In this document: one piece after another, positions 9,961 to 19,236 of the stretch | Layout: every line of letters starts with the position of its first letter | Position numbering within the stretch: the stretch's first letter is position 1 | Assembly: GCA_963832165.1 (NCBI GenBank) | Contig: CAWHTE010000001.1 | Location: 160,001-224,000 of the forward strand | DNA length: 64,000 bases | Origin: an uncultured delta proteobacterium | GTDB lineage: Bacteria; Myxococcota_A; UBA9160; SMWR01 | Direction of reading: 5' to 3' | Notes under the pieces: model-generated | The model's input: the letters and a program-made list of their open reading frames with translations, nothing else | Told to the model about the DNA's origin: nothing | The model's database searches: none | Position numbers and translations under genes: made by a program

Positions 9961-10650
9961 ATGGCTGGCATCGACTGGAAGCGCGTCGCGGGCGAGATCG
10001 ACCGCTGGGGCTTCGCGCGCCTCCCGCGCGTACTGGGTGCGCGCGAATGCGCACAGCTCGCCGGGCTCTACGGGCGCGACGAGGCGTTTCGCAAGACGAT
10101 CTCGATGGACGCGCACCGCTTCGGCAGCGGCGAGTACCGCTACTTCACGTACCCGCTTCCCGCGCGCGTGGAGCGGCTGCGCGCGGCGCTCTACCCGAAG
10201 CTCGCGCGGATCGCGAACGCGTGGCAGGAGCGGCTCGGCGACCCCGCGCGCTTCGAGCCCACGCTCGAGGGCTTCCTGCGCCGCTGTCACGCGCAGGGAC
10301 AGCGCCGTCCGACACCGCTCCTGCTCCATTACGAGGCGGGCGGCTTCAACAACCTGCACCAGGACCTGTATGGACCGATCGCGTTCCCGCTCCAGGTCAC
10401 GATCCAGCTCTCGCGGCCCGGCGTCGACTTCGAGGGCGGCGAGTTCCTGCTCGTCGAGCAGCGCCCGCGCCAGCAGTCGCGCGGCAGCGCGATCGCACTC
10501 GCGCAGGGCGAAGCCATCGTGTTCGCGACGCGCGAGCGCCCCGTGGACGGAACGCGCGGCGTCTATCGCGCGGCGCTGCGCCACGGCGTGAGCCCGCTCA
10601 CCGCAGGCTCACGCACGGCGCTGGGAATCATCTTCCACGACGCGGCGTAG
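9961..10650 (+). CDS. 2OG-Fe(II) oxygenase (DUF2086-like)
   Basis: LHQDLYG (HxD), GGEFLLVEQRPR and RHGVS...R motifs. Confidence 0.88.
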   Translation: MAGIDWKRVAGEIDRWGFARLPRVLGARECAQLAGLYGRDEAFRKTISMDAHRFGSGEYRYFTYPLPARVERLRAALYPKLARIANAWQERLGDPARFEPTLEGFLRRCHAQGQRRPTPLLLHYEAGGFNNLHQDLYGPIAFPLQVTIQLSRPGVDFEGGEFLLVEQRPRQQSRGSAIALAQGEAIVFATRERPVDGTRGVYRAALRHGVSPLTAGSRTALGIIFHDAA

Positions 10651-10679
10651 GGTGGGCAGGCTTGCTCGCCTGCCCACCC
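10650..10679. terminator. 12-bp-stem inverted repeat between convergent genes (bidirectional terminator or REP-like)
   Basis: GGGTGGGCAGGC-ttgctc-GCCTGCCCACCC, preceded by GTAG that includes the 2OG gene stop. Confidence 0.65.
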
Positions 10680-10696
10680 GCGCTCGTCGCGTCGCG

Positions 10697-11158
10697 TCAG
10701 GAGCCAGCCGTTACCGGGATGCTCCGCGCCTTCGCCGCCGGAGCCTTCGGCAGCGTCACGGTGAGGATGCCATTGCGATACGTCGCCTTGACGGCGTCGC
10801 CATCCACTTCCGACGGCAGCCGCAGCGAACGCTCGTACTTGCCGTAGAAGCTCTCGACGTGGCGGACTTCCTTGCCGTCCTCGTCCTTCGTCTCGGAATT
10901 GCGCTCACCGCGGATCGTGAGCACGCCGTCCTCGAGCGACACCTGGATGTCCTTCTCCTCGAGTCCGGGCAGCTCTGCGGCGATGCGGAGCTCGGCCTCG
11001 GTCTCCGTGAAGTCGATGCGCGGTGCCCAGGCCGCTACGCCGTTGCGGGCGGTCGATCCGACTCCATTCCAGAGCTCGTCGAATACGCGATCGAAATCGC
11101 GCCAGCCGTACGACGCGAGCGCGTTGCGTCGGGGTACCAAAAGGTGGGTGGTAATCAT
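10697..11158 (-). CDS. Hsp20/alpha-crystallin small heat-shock protein
   Basis: AELPGL...LTIRGER...YGKYERSLRLP...ATYRNGILTVTLPK; AAGGAG RBS. Confidence 0.93.
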   Translation of the reverse strand: MITTHLLVPRRNALASYGWRDFDRVFDELWNGVGSTARNGVAAWAPRIDFTETEAELRIAAELPGLEEKDIQVSLEDGVLTIRGERNSETKDEDGKEVRHVESFYGKYERSLRLPSEVDGDAVKATYRNGILTVTLPKAPAAKARSIPVTAGS

Positions 11159-11277
11159 TGCGGTCTTCTCCTTGTGGCGGACGAGGATCACCCGGTGGCT
11201 TCCGGTTCGAGCGCCGTGCCCGTGCGGGGCGCTCCTGCTTGGGCCGGCCTGCTGCCGGCCACTCGTCCGATGCTCGA

Positions 11278-11305
11278 ACCCTAAGCGGGGGTCCCCGGGC
11301 GTCAA
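11278..11305 (-). promoter_or_regulatory. Candidate sigma70-type promoter of Hsp20
   Basis: TTGACG-N16-TAGGGT on the minus strand. Confidence 0.45.
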
Positions 11306-11387
11306 GCCGGGGTTTGAAAAAAGATGCCAAGCCAAGCAGAGTCGGGGGGTTCCGAGCTTCTCGGACGATTCCCGCGGAGGACCCCCC

Positions 11388-12872
11388 ATGATCGAACCGC
11401 CGAGCTCCGACGAACTGCGCGAGCTCGCGCGCGATCTCGGCATCGAGCTCGGGGCCGCGGAAGCGGATCTGTACCGCAACCTCATGGCGGGCTCGCTAGG
11501 CGCGTTCGCGGTGATCGATGCGGCGCCCTCCGCGTTGCCGCCCGTTCCGCCCGACCGCCGCTACTTCGAGCCGCGCGAGAACCCGCACGGCGCGTGGTTC
11601 GTGCGCTGCGAGATCCGCACGCGCGATGACGGTCCGCTCGCGGGGCTGCGCTTCGCGGTGAAGGACAACGTGATGGTGGCGGGCCTGCCTCTCTTGAACG
11701 GCTCGCCGATCCTCGAGGGCTACATCGCCGAGGTCGACGCGACGGTCGTCACGCGGCTCCTGGATGCGGGCGCGACGCTGCTCGGCAAGGCGCACTGCGA
11801 GAATCTCTGCCTCTCGGGCGGCAGCCACACGAACACGCGCGGTCCCGTGCACAACCCGCGCCGGCACGGCCACTCCGCGGGCGGATCGTCGTCGGGCTCG
11901 GCCGCGGTCGTCGCGGCGGGCGACGTCGAGCTCGCGATCGGCGGCGATCAGGGCGGGTCGATCCGGGTGCCCGCAGCGCTGTGCGGCGTGGTCGGCATGA
12001 AGCCCACCTGGGGGCTCGTGCCCTACACGGGGATCGCGCCGATCGAGCCCAGCCTCGATCACACGGGCCCGATCACCGCGAACGTGCGCGACAACGCGCG
12101 TATGCTCGCGGCGATCGCGGGTCCCGACGGTATCGACGTGCGCTCGGCGGGCGCGGCCGCGGGCGACTACCTCTCCGCGCTCGAGCGCGGTGTCGACGGG
12201 CTGCGCGTGGCCGTGATCGCCGAGGGCTTCACGGCGCCGGGCATGCAGGCGCCCGTGGCGCAGTCGGTGCGCGCGGCGGCGGATCGCCTCGCGAAGCTCG
12301 GCGCGCACGTGGACGAGGTCTCGATCCCCGAGCACGCGAAGGCGAATGCGCTCACGTTCCCGCTGCTCGTGCAGGGCATGTACCGCACGGTGCTATGCGA
12401 AGGCGGGCAGGGCAGCGGACGCCCCGACGTCTACCTGCCCGACTTCTACGACCGGATGGCGCGCTGGCGCGAGCACGCGCACGAGTTCACGCCGCTGCTC
12501 AAGCTCATGGCGCTCGTCGGCGCGCACGTCGAGCGCAGCGCCGGCACGCGCTACTACGGGCTCGCCGCGAACCAGGCACGGCGCCTGCGCGCGTGCTACG
12601 ACCGCGCGCTCGCGGACGCAGACGTGCTGCTCATGCCGACGTGTCCCGTGGTCGCGCCGCGGCTGCCGGCCGCGAGCGCATCGATCGCGGAGCAGTTCGT
12701 GGCCGCCTCGCAGGCGACGCCGAACACGATGCCCTTCGACGCCACGCACCATCCCGCGATCAGCGTGCCGTGCGGCGAGGTTGACGGGCTGCCCGTGGGC
12801 ATGATGCTCGTCGGCCGCCACTTCGACGAGGCGACGCTCTACCGCGGCGCGTACGCGTTCGAGCAGGCGTGA
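11388..12872 (+). CDS. Amidase (amidase-signature family)
   Basis: VKDN, GGSSSGS and GGDQGGSIRVP (Ser-cisSer-Lys triad); GGAGG RBS. Confidence 0.92.
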   Translation: MIEPPSSDELRELARDLGIELGAAEADLYRNLMAGSLGAFAVIDAAPSALPPVPPDRRYFEPRENPHGAWFVRCEIRTRDDGPLAGLRFAVKDNVMVAGLPLLNGSPILEGYIAEVDATVVTRLLDAGATLLGKAHCENLCLSGGSHTNTRGPVHNPRRHGHSAGGSSSGSAAVVAAGDVELAIGGDQGGSIRVPAALCGVVGMKPTWGLVPYTGIAPIEPSLDHTGPITANVRDNARMLAAIAGPDGIDVRSAGAAAGDYLSALERGVDGLRVAVIAEGFTAPGMQAPVAQSVRAAADRLAKLGAHVDEVSIPEHAKANALTFPLLVQGMYRTVLCEGGQGSGRPDVYLPDFYDRMARWREHAHEFTPLLKLMALVGAHVERSAGTRYYGLAANQARRLRACYDRALADADVLLMPTCPVVAPRLPAASASIAEQFVAASQATPNTMPFDATHHPAISVPCGEVDGLPVGMMLVGRHFDEATLYRGAYAFEQA

Positions 12873-12873
12873 A

Positions 12874-13941
12874 TCAGAACAGCACGACCGGGTCGTAGCG
12901 CGGCAGCGTCTGGATCCGGATCTCCGGATGGTCGATCCCCTTCTGCTGCAGGAAGGCGAGCAGCTGGTCGCTTCCGGGCGACAGGATGCTCTCTGCGCGC
13001 AGCGCCCCGCGGAACGGGCCCTCGATCGGAGCGGTCAGGCTGTCCCAGTGGATCGGAATCACGCGCGTGGGATGCGTGCGCCCGACCGTCTTCGGGTCGG
13101 TCTCGCGGGTGACCCGGCCGACCGTCTCGCGCCAGTAGGTCTCGCGATAGGCGTCGGTCTGCGAGCCCAGCCCGCCGACGCCCAGGAACACCGCGTCCGC
13201 GGCATATCCCTCGAGCGCGGCCTCGAGATAGCCCGCGCTACCGACCACGAGCCACGAACCCTTCGGATGCGCGACGTGCAGCACCCACGCCACGCCGACC
13301 TTGTACGCAAACGCGTTCGCGGGCGGCACGAGCGGCTCGGTGATGTCGGGATCGCCGAGCGCGCGCTCGCGGACGCGCGGGTCGGGGAACTCGAAGTGGC
13401 GAGCCGCGATCGGCGTGATCAGGAACTTCCCGACCAGGATCAGCTCGCGATCGCGCACGACGCGGATCTGGCGCTCGGAAAGGCCCCAGCCGCGCGCGAT
13501 GTTTGCGGTGGACTCGGAGCCCAGCAGCAAGGCGCCCGTGCGGCGCGCGACCTCGGGCGCGTCCATCGCGTGGTCGTAGTGCGAGTGCACGGGGAACACC
13601 GCGGCGAGCTGCGCGACCTCGTTGCGCGCGAGCCCGCGCTCGATCGCGTCGACGTCGGGCGCGATCGTGCCGAAGAGCAGCGAGAGCGGCCCCGGGCGCG
13701 AGAACCAGCCGTCGGTCATCCAGGTGGTCTCGCCGTCGGAGAACACGAGCGTGGTCGTGCCCGTCCAGCGCACCGTCACCGATCCGGCGGGGATCGACGC
13801 GCTCGCGGGCATCGCCCAGTCCGGATCCACGGGCGGCGGGTCGTAGGTCTCGAGCAGGTAGAACGCGGCGGCGCCGACCGCCGCGAGCAGTACGGCGAGC
13901 GGGATCGCGGCGCGCCGCAGCCACGGACGCGAAGCGCTCAC
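12874..13941 (-). CDS. MBL-fold metallo-hydrolase with N-terminal membrane anchor
   Basis: HSHYDH motif, PIHWD, hydrophobic N-terminus. Confidence 0.85.
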   Translation of the reverse strand: MSASRPWLRRAAIPLAVLLAAVGAAAFYLLETYDPPPVDPDWAMPASASIPAGSVTVRWTGTTTLVFSDGETTWMTDGWFSRPGPLSLLFGTIAPDVDAIERGLARNEVAQLAAVFPVHSHYDHAMDAPEVARRTGALLLGSESTANIARGWGLSERQIRVVRDRELILVGKFLITPIAARHFEFPDPRVRERALGDPDITEPLVPPANAFAYKVGVAWVLHVAHPKGSWLVVGSAGYLEAALEGYAADAVFLGVGGLGSQTDAYRETYWRETVGRVTRETDPKTVGRTHPTRVIPIHWDSLTAPIEGPFRGALRAESILSPGSDQLLAFLQQKGIDHPEIRIQTLPRYDPVVLF

Positions 13942-14786
13942 TGCGCGCGCTCGCCCACGAGCAGGCGCACGGGGAAGTCGACGCGGTCGGTCGCGACGGC
14001 GAAGCCGTGCTCGCCGAGCCACGCGGGCGCGTCGCGGCGGTGCCATTCGGCGGCGAACGGCTCGTGGATCGCGCGCGCGAGGATGCGGAAGTAGGCCGCA
14101 AGCGGACCGTGGCGCGCGACGAGCCGCAACGCGCCGAGCTGATACTGCTCGGCGGCGGGCTCCACGATCGCGAGCCGCCCGCGCGGTCGCAGGATGCGCG
14201 CGAACTCCGCGATCGCCTGCTCGGCGGCGCGCGGCGGCAGCTCGTGGAACACGAAGCAGCATGCGATGCCGTCGAAGCGGCCCGCGCCGAAGCCGGTCTG
14301 CTCGGCGATCCCCTGCACGAAGTGCGCGCGCGGAACCCGCGCGTCGGCGCAGCGCAGGAGATACGGCGACGGATCGAGCCCCCAGACCTCCTCGATGCCC
14401 TGCGCCACGAGCACCTCGGTGGACGCGCCGCCACCGCAGCCGACGTCGAGCACGCTGCGGCAATCCGCGAGCGCGCGCGCCATCGCAGCGCGCGCCGGGC
14501 GCATCCGGCCCAGCATCGCGAGATCGAATCCGGTCGAGTAGCCGCGCGTGAGCCGATTGGAGTAGTTCCCGTTCGGGATGTTGTGGAACTCCTGGAGCAC
14601 ATAGCGCGGGATCTCCGCCGAAAGCGTCAGATTCGCGGGCAGCTCGACGCGCGCGCGGCGCCCGCCGAGCGCGTGACGCACGAGTCGCCACGCACCGCGC
14701 ACGCCCTTTGCCTCGCGATCAGCCCACGCGTCCGGGAGCTCGATCTCGGACCAGCGCAACGGCACCGGATCGCGATGGCTCTCCAT
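13938..14786 (-). CDS. Class I SAM-dependent methyltransferase (UbiE-like fold)
   Basis: VLDVGCGGG, FVFHELP and RILRPRG motifs. Confidence 0.85.
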   Translation of the reverse strand: MESHRDPVPLRWSEIELPDAWADREAKGVRGAWRLVRHALGGRRARVELPANLTLSAEIPRYVLQEFHNIPNGNYSNRLTRGYSTGFDLAMLGRMRPARAAMARALADCRSVLDVGCGGGASTEVLVAQGIEEVWGLDPSPYLLRCADARVPRAHFVQGIAEQTGFGAGRFDGIACCFVFHELPPRAAEQAIAEFARILRPRGRLAIVEPAAEQYQLGALRLVARHGPLAAYFRILARAIHEPFAAEWHRRDAPAWLGEHGFAVATDRVDFPVRLLVGERAQ

Positions 14787-14803
14787 GCGGCGGGTCGCGT
14801 CGG

Positions 14804-15166
14804 TCAGGGGAGCCGGATCACCGCGACCAGCGCGAGCACGTTGCCGACGAGTGCTGTGCCGTACAAGAGCGGCGCCACGACCACGTCGCGCGAGAGCCCG
14901 CCCATGTCGAGCGAGAGGTGGCGCACGTGGTGCGCTCCCTTCCACATCGGCAGCGCGATCAGCCCGAACAGCACGACGCGCCCGATCAGGTTGCCGCCGA
15001 GCGCGAGTGCGCGGTCGTAGGCGAGCGCGTCCGCGGGGACGATCCCGAGCGGAATCGCGAGGCCCACGATCGCGAGGTAGGCCGTGAGCAGCATCGTGCC
15101 GATCATGATCCCCTGGCCGAACAGCAGCCAGATCACGGGCTCGAGCTTGAGCAGCAGGTGGCGCAT
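14804..15166 (-). CDS. frdD: Fumarate reductase membrane anchor subunit D
   Basis: LEPVIWLLFGQG (FrdD EPxxWxLF), three TM segments, position after frdABC. Confidence 0.75.
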   Translation of the reverse strand: MRHLLLKLEPVIWLLFGQGIMIGTMLLTAYLAIVGLAIPLGIVPADALAYDRALALGGNLIGRVVLFGLIALPMWKGAHHVRHLSLDMGGLSRDVVVAPLLYGTALVGNVLALVAVIRLP

Positions 15167-15606
15167 CAGAAGATCACCCCGGCCATGATCAGGGCGAGTC
15201 CGCCCGACACGGCGATCCACGCCGCGTAGAGCCCCGCGTGCAGGATCGGGCGCGGCGGCGGCTTCACGGGCCCGATCTTGGCCGGCTGTGCCTTCGGGAA
15301 CAGCGCGAAGAAGCGCACGCCCACGAAGATCACCGCGGCGAGGCAGACCGCGTGCAACGCGATCAGCCCCGGCTGCGCATACTCGGCCTGGAACGCCGCC
15401 CACGCGGTCGGACCGCTGCCGAGCATCCACACCGCGCGCAGCGCGCCGAAGCCGCATAGCAGGTAGAGGATTCCCGTCATGCCGAACAGCGTGTAGCTGA
15501 AGTAGCGCCCGTGCGTCGGGTACTGCGCGGGCATCATCGGCGGCGCCGTGCGCGTGCGCCCGGGCCGGTGGGGCGCCATCGCGTCGGGGTGGGCCGGTCG
15601 CGCCAT
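15166..15606 (-). CDS. frdC: Fumarate reductase membrane anchor subunit C
   Basis: Three TM segments, FFALFPKA, coupled between frdB and frdD. Confidence 0.7.
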   Translation of the reverse strand: MARPAHPDAMAPHRPGRTRTAPPMMPAQYPTHGRYFSYTLFGMTGILYLLCGFGALRAVWMLGSGPTAWAAFQAEYAQPGLIALHAVCLAAVIFVGVRFFALFPKAQPAKIGPVKPPPRPILHAGLYAAWIAVSGGLALIMAGVIF

Positions 15607-15608
15607 GG

Positions 15609-16370
15609 CTACTTCCCTCCCTTGTGGTCTTCGCTCGATCGCGGCACGACGAAGCTGGTCGCCCAGTCGATCACCGCATTGATCTTGCTCTGGTTCACCG
15701 CGGCAGCGGGGTCGACGTTCTTGGGGCACACCTCGCTGCACTCGTTCGCGTACGAGCACGCGAATACGGTGCCCTCGCCGCGGAAGATCTCGTTGCGCTC
15801 GCGCTGTCCCTCGTCGCGCGAGTCCATGTTGTAGCGGTGGCCGAGCGCGATCGCGGCCGGCCCGATGAAGTCGGGCTCGTTGCCGACCACGGGGCAGGCC
15901 GAATAGCAGAGCATGCAGTTGATGCACATGCTGAACTGCTTGAAGTGCTCGAGCTCTTCGGGCGACTGGCGGTAGGTGCCCTCTTCGACCGCGCGCTCCT
16001 TGGCCACCATGATCCAGGGCTTCACGGACTTGAGCTTCTCCATGAAGCCGTCCATTTCGACCACGAGATCGCGCACGACCGGGAAGTTCGCGAGCGGCGT
16101 CACCTCGACCTTGTCGCCGTAGTCGGAGAGCGGATCCTTGCAGGTGAGCGACGGCTCGCCGTTGACCATCATCCCGCAGCTGCCGCACACCGCCATCCGG
16201 CACGACCAGCGGTGCGAGAGCGAGCCGTCGAGCTCGTCTTTGATGTAGTTGAGCGCGTCGAGGACCTTCCAGTCCGGCTGGACGGGCACCTCGTAGGTCT
16301 GCTGGCGCGGCGCCTGATCCCTGTCCGGGTCGAAGCGCGTGACGACGAACGTCTTCTTCTGTTCACTCAT
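15609..16370 (-). CDS. frdB: Fumarate reductase/succinate dehydrogenase iron-sulfur subunit
   Basis: SCRMAVCGSC, CINCMLCYSACP and CSYANECSEVCP cluster motifs. Confidence 0.92.
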   Translation of the reverse strand: MSEQKKTFVVTRFDPDRDQAPRQQTYEVPVQPDWKVLDALNYIKDELDGSLSHRWSCRMAVCGSCGMMVNGEPSLTCKDPLSDYGDKVEVTPLANFPVVRDLVVEMDGFMEKLKSVKPWIMVAKERAVEEGTYRQSPEELEHFKQFSMCINCMLCYSACPVVGNEPDFIGPAAIALGHRYNMDSRDEGQRERNEIFRGEGTVFACSYANECSEVCPKNVDPAAAVNQSKINAVIDWATSFVVPRSSEDHKGGK

Positions 16371-16393
16371 CGCTTGTTTGACTATCCACCTTT

Positions 16394-16427
16394 CCGATCT
16401 TCGCTCGCCTTCGGCTCGCTGCGCGCG
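16394..16427 (-). repeat. Dispersed REP-like repeat, copy 1 (between frdA and frdB)
   Basis: Reverse complement CGCGCGCAGCGAGCCGAAGGCGAGCGAAGATCGG, matching 24532-24561 and 28470-28502. Confidence 0.65.
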
Positions 16428-16444
16428 CCCTTCGGGCGCTTGCC

Positions 16445-18163
16445 CTAATACTTCCGCTCTTCCGGCACCCATTTGCCGAGCTTCACTTCCTTCTTGCCGA
16501 GCCGCGGGCCTGCGGGTCCGTAGTAGGCGAGCGTGTGGTAGAGGAAGTTGTTGTCGTCGCGCTTCGGCGCGTCGCGCCGCGTGTGGGCGCCGCGCGACTC
16601 GCGGCGATGCGCGGCCGACACCGCGAGCGACTCCGCCACCTCGAGCATGTTGTCGAGCTCGAGCGCCGCGACGATCTCGGTGTTGAACACCGCGCTCGAG
16701 TCCTCGAGTCGCACGTCGCTCATGCGCTGCTTGAGCTGGGCCACCGTGCGCACCGTATCGTCCATCGACGCCTGCTCGCGGTACACGCCGCAGCCGCTCT
16801 CCATCGTCTGGTTGAGCTCGCGGCGCAGCTGCGAGAGCCGCTCGCTGCCGCGCTGCGTGGCGCGCGCGGCTTCGAGTCGTCCCGACTCTTCTTCCGCGGC
16901 GCTCTGCGCGATCGCATCGTTGCCCGCGTCGGTACCCGCCACGTACTGCACCGCGACGCGGCCGGCGCGCGCGCCGAACACGAGACACTCGGTGAGCGAG
17001 TTCGAGCCGAGCCGGTTGGCGCCGTTCAGCGACACGCACGCGGTCTCGCCGGCCGCGTAGAGGCCGGGGATCGACGTGGCGCCGTCGATGTCGGTGTCGA
17101 CGCCGCCCATCATGTAGTGCACGACCGGGCGGATCGGGATCGGCTCGTAGACGGGATCGACCCCGCCGTAGACCTTCGAGAGCTCGCGCACCATCGGCAG
17201 GCGCTTGTCGATGATCTCCTGGCCGAGATGCGTGAGATCGAGGTGGACGTAGTCGCCGTAGATTCCCTTGAACCCGCGCCCCGCCTCGATCTCCTGCACG
17301 ATCGCGCGCGAGATCATGTCGCGCGGTCCGAGCTCCGCCTTGCTGCCCACGCCGTAGTCGCGCGTGACGAGAAAGCGCTCGCCCTGCGAATTCTTCACGT
17401 GGCCGCCCTCGCCGCGCGTGGCCTCGGTGATCAGGATGCCCGTGCCCGGCAGTCCGGTGGGGTGGTACTGCACGAACTCCATGTCCTTGAGCGCCACGCC
17501 CTCGCGATAGGCGAGCGCCATGCCGTCGCCGGTCTTGATGTTGCCGTTGGTCGTGAACGGAAAGATCTTGCCCGCGCCACCGGTCGCGAGGATCACCGCG
17601 CGGCCCAGGATCGCGCGCACGGCGCCGGTGCGGATGTCGAGCGCGGCCACGCCGCGGCACGCGCCGCCGTCGACGATGAGCTTGGTGACGAAGTGCTCGT
17701 CGTAGCGCACGATGCGGTCGAAGCGCAGCGAGTGCTGGAACAGCGCGTGCAGCATGTGGAAGCCGACCTTGTCGGTGGCGTACCAGGTGCGCTTCGTGCT
17801 CATGCCGCCGAACGCGCGCGTGGCGACCGTGCCGTCCTCGTTGCGGCTCCACGGGCAGCCCCAGTGCTCGAGCCGGATCAGCTCCTTGGGCGCCTCCTCC
17901 ACGAAGTACTGGATCACATCCTGATCGCCGAGGAAGTCGGAGCCCTTCACGGTGTCGAAGCCGTGCATCTCGAAGTTGTCGTCGTCGCGCGCGACCGCCG
18001 CGGCGCCGCCCTCCGCCGAGACGGTGTGGCTCCGCATCGGATAGACCTTCGAGACCATGGCGACGGACGCGCTCGGGGAGGCCTCGACCGCCGCGATGGC
18101 CGCGCGAATGCCCGCGCAGCCGCCGCCGACGATCACGATGTCGTGACGGAAGATCTCGATCAC
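16445..18163 (-). CDS. frdA: Fumarate reductase/succinate dehydrogenase flavoprotein subunit
   Basis: GGGCAG, RSHTVSAEGG (covalent FAD His), QYHPTG, HYMMGG, GANRLGSNSL and ESRGAH motifs. Confidence 0.93.
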   Translation of the reverse strand: MIEIFRHDIVIVGGGCAGIRAAIAAVEASPSASVAMVSKVYPMRSHTVSAEGGAAAVARDDDNFEMHGFDTVKGSDFLGDQDVIQYFVEEAPKELIRLEHWGCPWSRNEDGTVATRAFGGMSTKRTWYATDKVGFHMLHALFQHSLRFDRIVRYDEHFVTKLIVDGGACRGVAALDIRTGAVRAILGRAVILATGGAGKIFPFTTNGNIKTGDGMALAYREGVALKDMEFVQYHPTGLPGTGILITEATRGEGGHVKNSQGERFLVTRDYGVGSKAELGPRDMISRAIVQEIEAGRGFKGIYGDYVHLDLTHLGQEIIDKRLPMVRELSKVYGGVDPVYEPIPIRPVVHYMMGGVDTDIDGATSIPGLYAAGETACVSLNGANRLGSNSLTECLVFGARAGRVAVQYVAGTDAGNDAIAQSAAEEESGRLEAARATQRGSERLSQLRRELNQTMESGCGVYREQASMDDTVRTVAQLKQRMSDVRLEDSSAVFNTEIVAALELDNMLEVAESLAVSAAHRRESRGAHTRRDAPKRDDNNFLYHTLAYYGPAGPRLGKKEVKLGKWVPEERKY

Positions 18164-18240
18164 CTACGGAACCTCGGGAGATGTGGGGAAGCGCGGCCCC
18201 GCAGGCTCCGCGGGGCGGCGAAGGGGCAGACGGTAGTCAA

Positions 18241-19230
18241 TCAGGCCGGCTCCTGCTGCGACAGGCAGTGGATCGCCCCGAGGCCCAGGACGAGCGTCCG
18301 GCACGGGATGCCGATCACTTCGCGCCCGGGCAGCACGTCGCGCAACACCGCGAGCGCGCGCGCGTCCGAGGCGGCCCCGAACGTGGGCACGAGTGCGACC
18401 CCGTTTGCGAGGTAGAAATTCGCGTAGCTCGCGGGACAGGCTTCGCCGCCGACGCGATGGATCGGCGGCATCGGCAGATCGTGCACCGCGAGGCCCGCGG
18501 CGACGAGGCGCCGCCGGTTCTCTGCGAGGATCGGCTCGTCGGGGCCCGCATCCGCGCTCGCCGCGACCACGACTCCGGGCGCGACGAAGCGCGCACAGTC
18601 GTCGATGTGTCCATCGGTGTCGTCGGCCGAGATTCCCTCGCCGAGCCAGATCACGCGCCGCCCGCCGAGCCACTGCCCGAGGCGCTGCTCCATGTGCGCG
18701 CGCGTGCGCGGTGCCGCTTCGCGGTTCGGATTGAGCAGGCACGACTCGGTGGTCAGGATCACGCCTGCGCCGTCGCCGTCGATCGAGCCGCCCTCGAGCA
18801 CGAAGGACAGCTCTTCACGCGGGAGTCCCGCGAGCTCCGCGATCGCCGAGCCGATGCCGTCGTCGAGATCCCACGGCGGATACTTGCCGCCCCACGCGTT
18901 GAAGCCGAACGCGAGCGCGCAGCGCATGCCGGAGTCGTCTTCGACGAAGATCGGGCCCGTATCGCGCAGCCATGAATCGTTGGTGGGGATGCGGTGGAAG
19001 CGGATCCCGCGATCGGGGTCGACGCCCGCGGACGCGAGCAACTTTCGTGCGGCCTCCTCCATCGCCTCGTCGCCGACCAGGAGCTCCACGATCTCGCGGC
19101 CCTGCAGCGCGCGCACGATCTCGGTGTACTCGGCCTGCGCCTCGGCGAGATGCCCCGGCCACGTGGTCGGCGCGTGCGGCCACGCGAGCCAGGTCGCGCG
19201 GTGGGGCTCCCACTCGGCAGGCCATCTCAC
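18241..19230 (-). CDS. aguA: Agmatine deiminase
   Basis: PAEWEPH, WLRDTGP, LEGGSID, DTDGHID, SYANF and GAIHCLSQQ motifs. Confidence 0.92.
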   Translation of the reverse strand: MRWPAEWEPHRATWLAWPHAPTTWPGHLAEAQAEYTEIVRALQGREIVELLVGDEAMEEAARKLLASAGVDPDRGIRFHRIPTNDSWLRDTGPIFVEDDSGMRCALAFGFNAWGGKYPPWDLDDGIGSAIAELAGLPREELSFVLEGGSIDGDGAGVILTTESCLLNPNREAAPRTRAHMEQRLGQWLGGRRVIWLGEGISADDTDGHIDDCARFVAPGVVVAASADAGPDEPILAENRRRLVAAGLAVHDLPMPPIHRVGGEACPASYANFYLANGVALVPTFGAASDARALAVLRDVLPGREVIGIPCRTLVLGLGAIHCLSQQEPA

Positions 19231-19236
19231 GATCGA

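Noticed and set aside
11178..11269. tRNA gene (cloverleaf shape)
   Set aside because: Arm lengths and loops do not fit tRNA, the GTTCGA is not placed in a T-arm, and the element lies in an mRNA leader.
11314..11331. Sigma54 promoter for Hsp20 (TTGGCATCTTTTTTCA, minus strand)
   Set aside because: The -24 half is good but there is no GC at -12.
13938..14786. RquA (rhodoquinone synthesis) call
   Set aside because: The SAM motif is canonical and I do not see the RquA-specific N-terminal motif; kept only as a generic methyltransferase.
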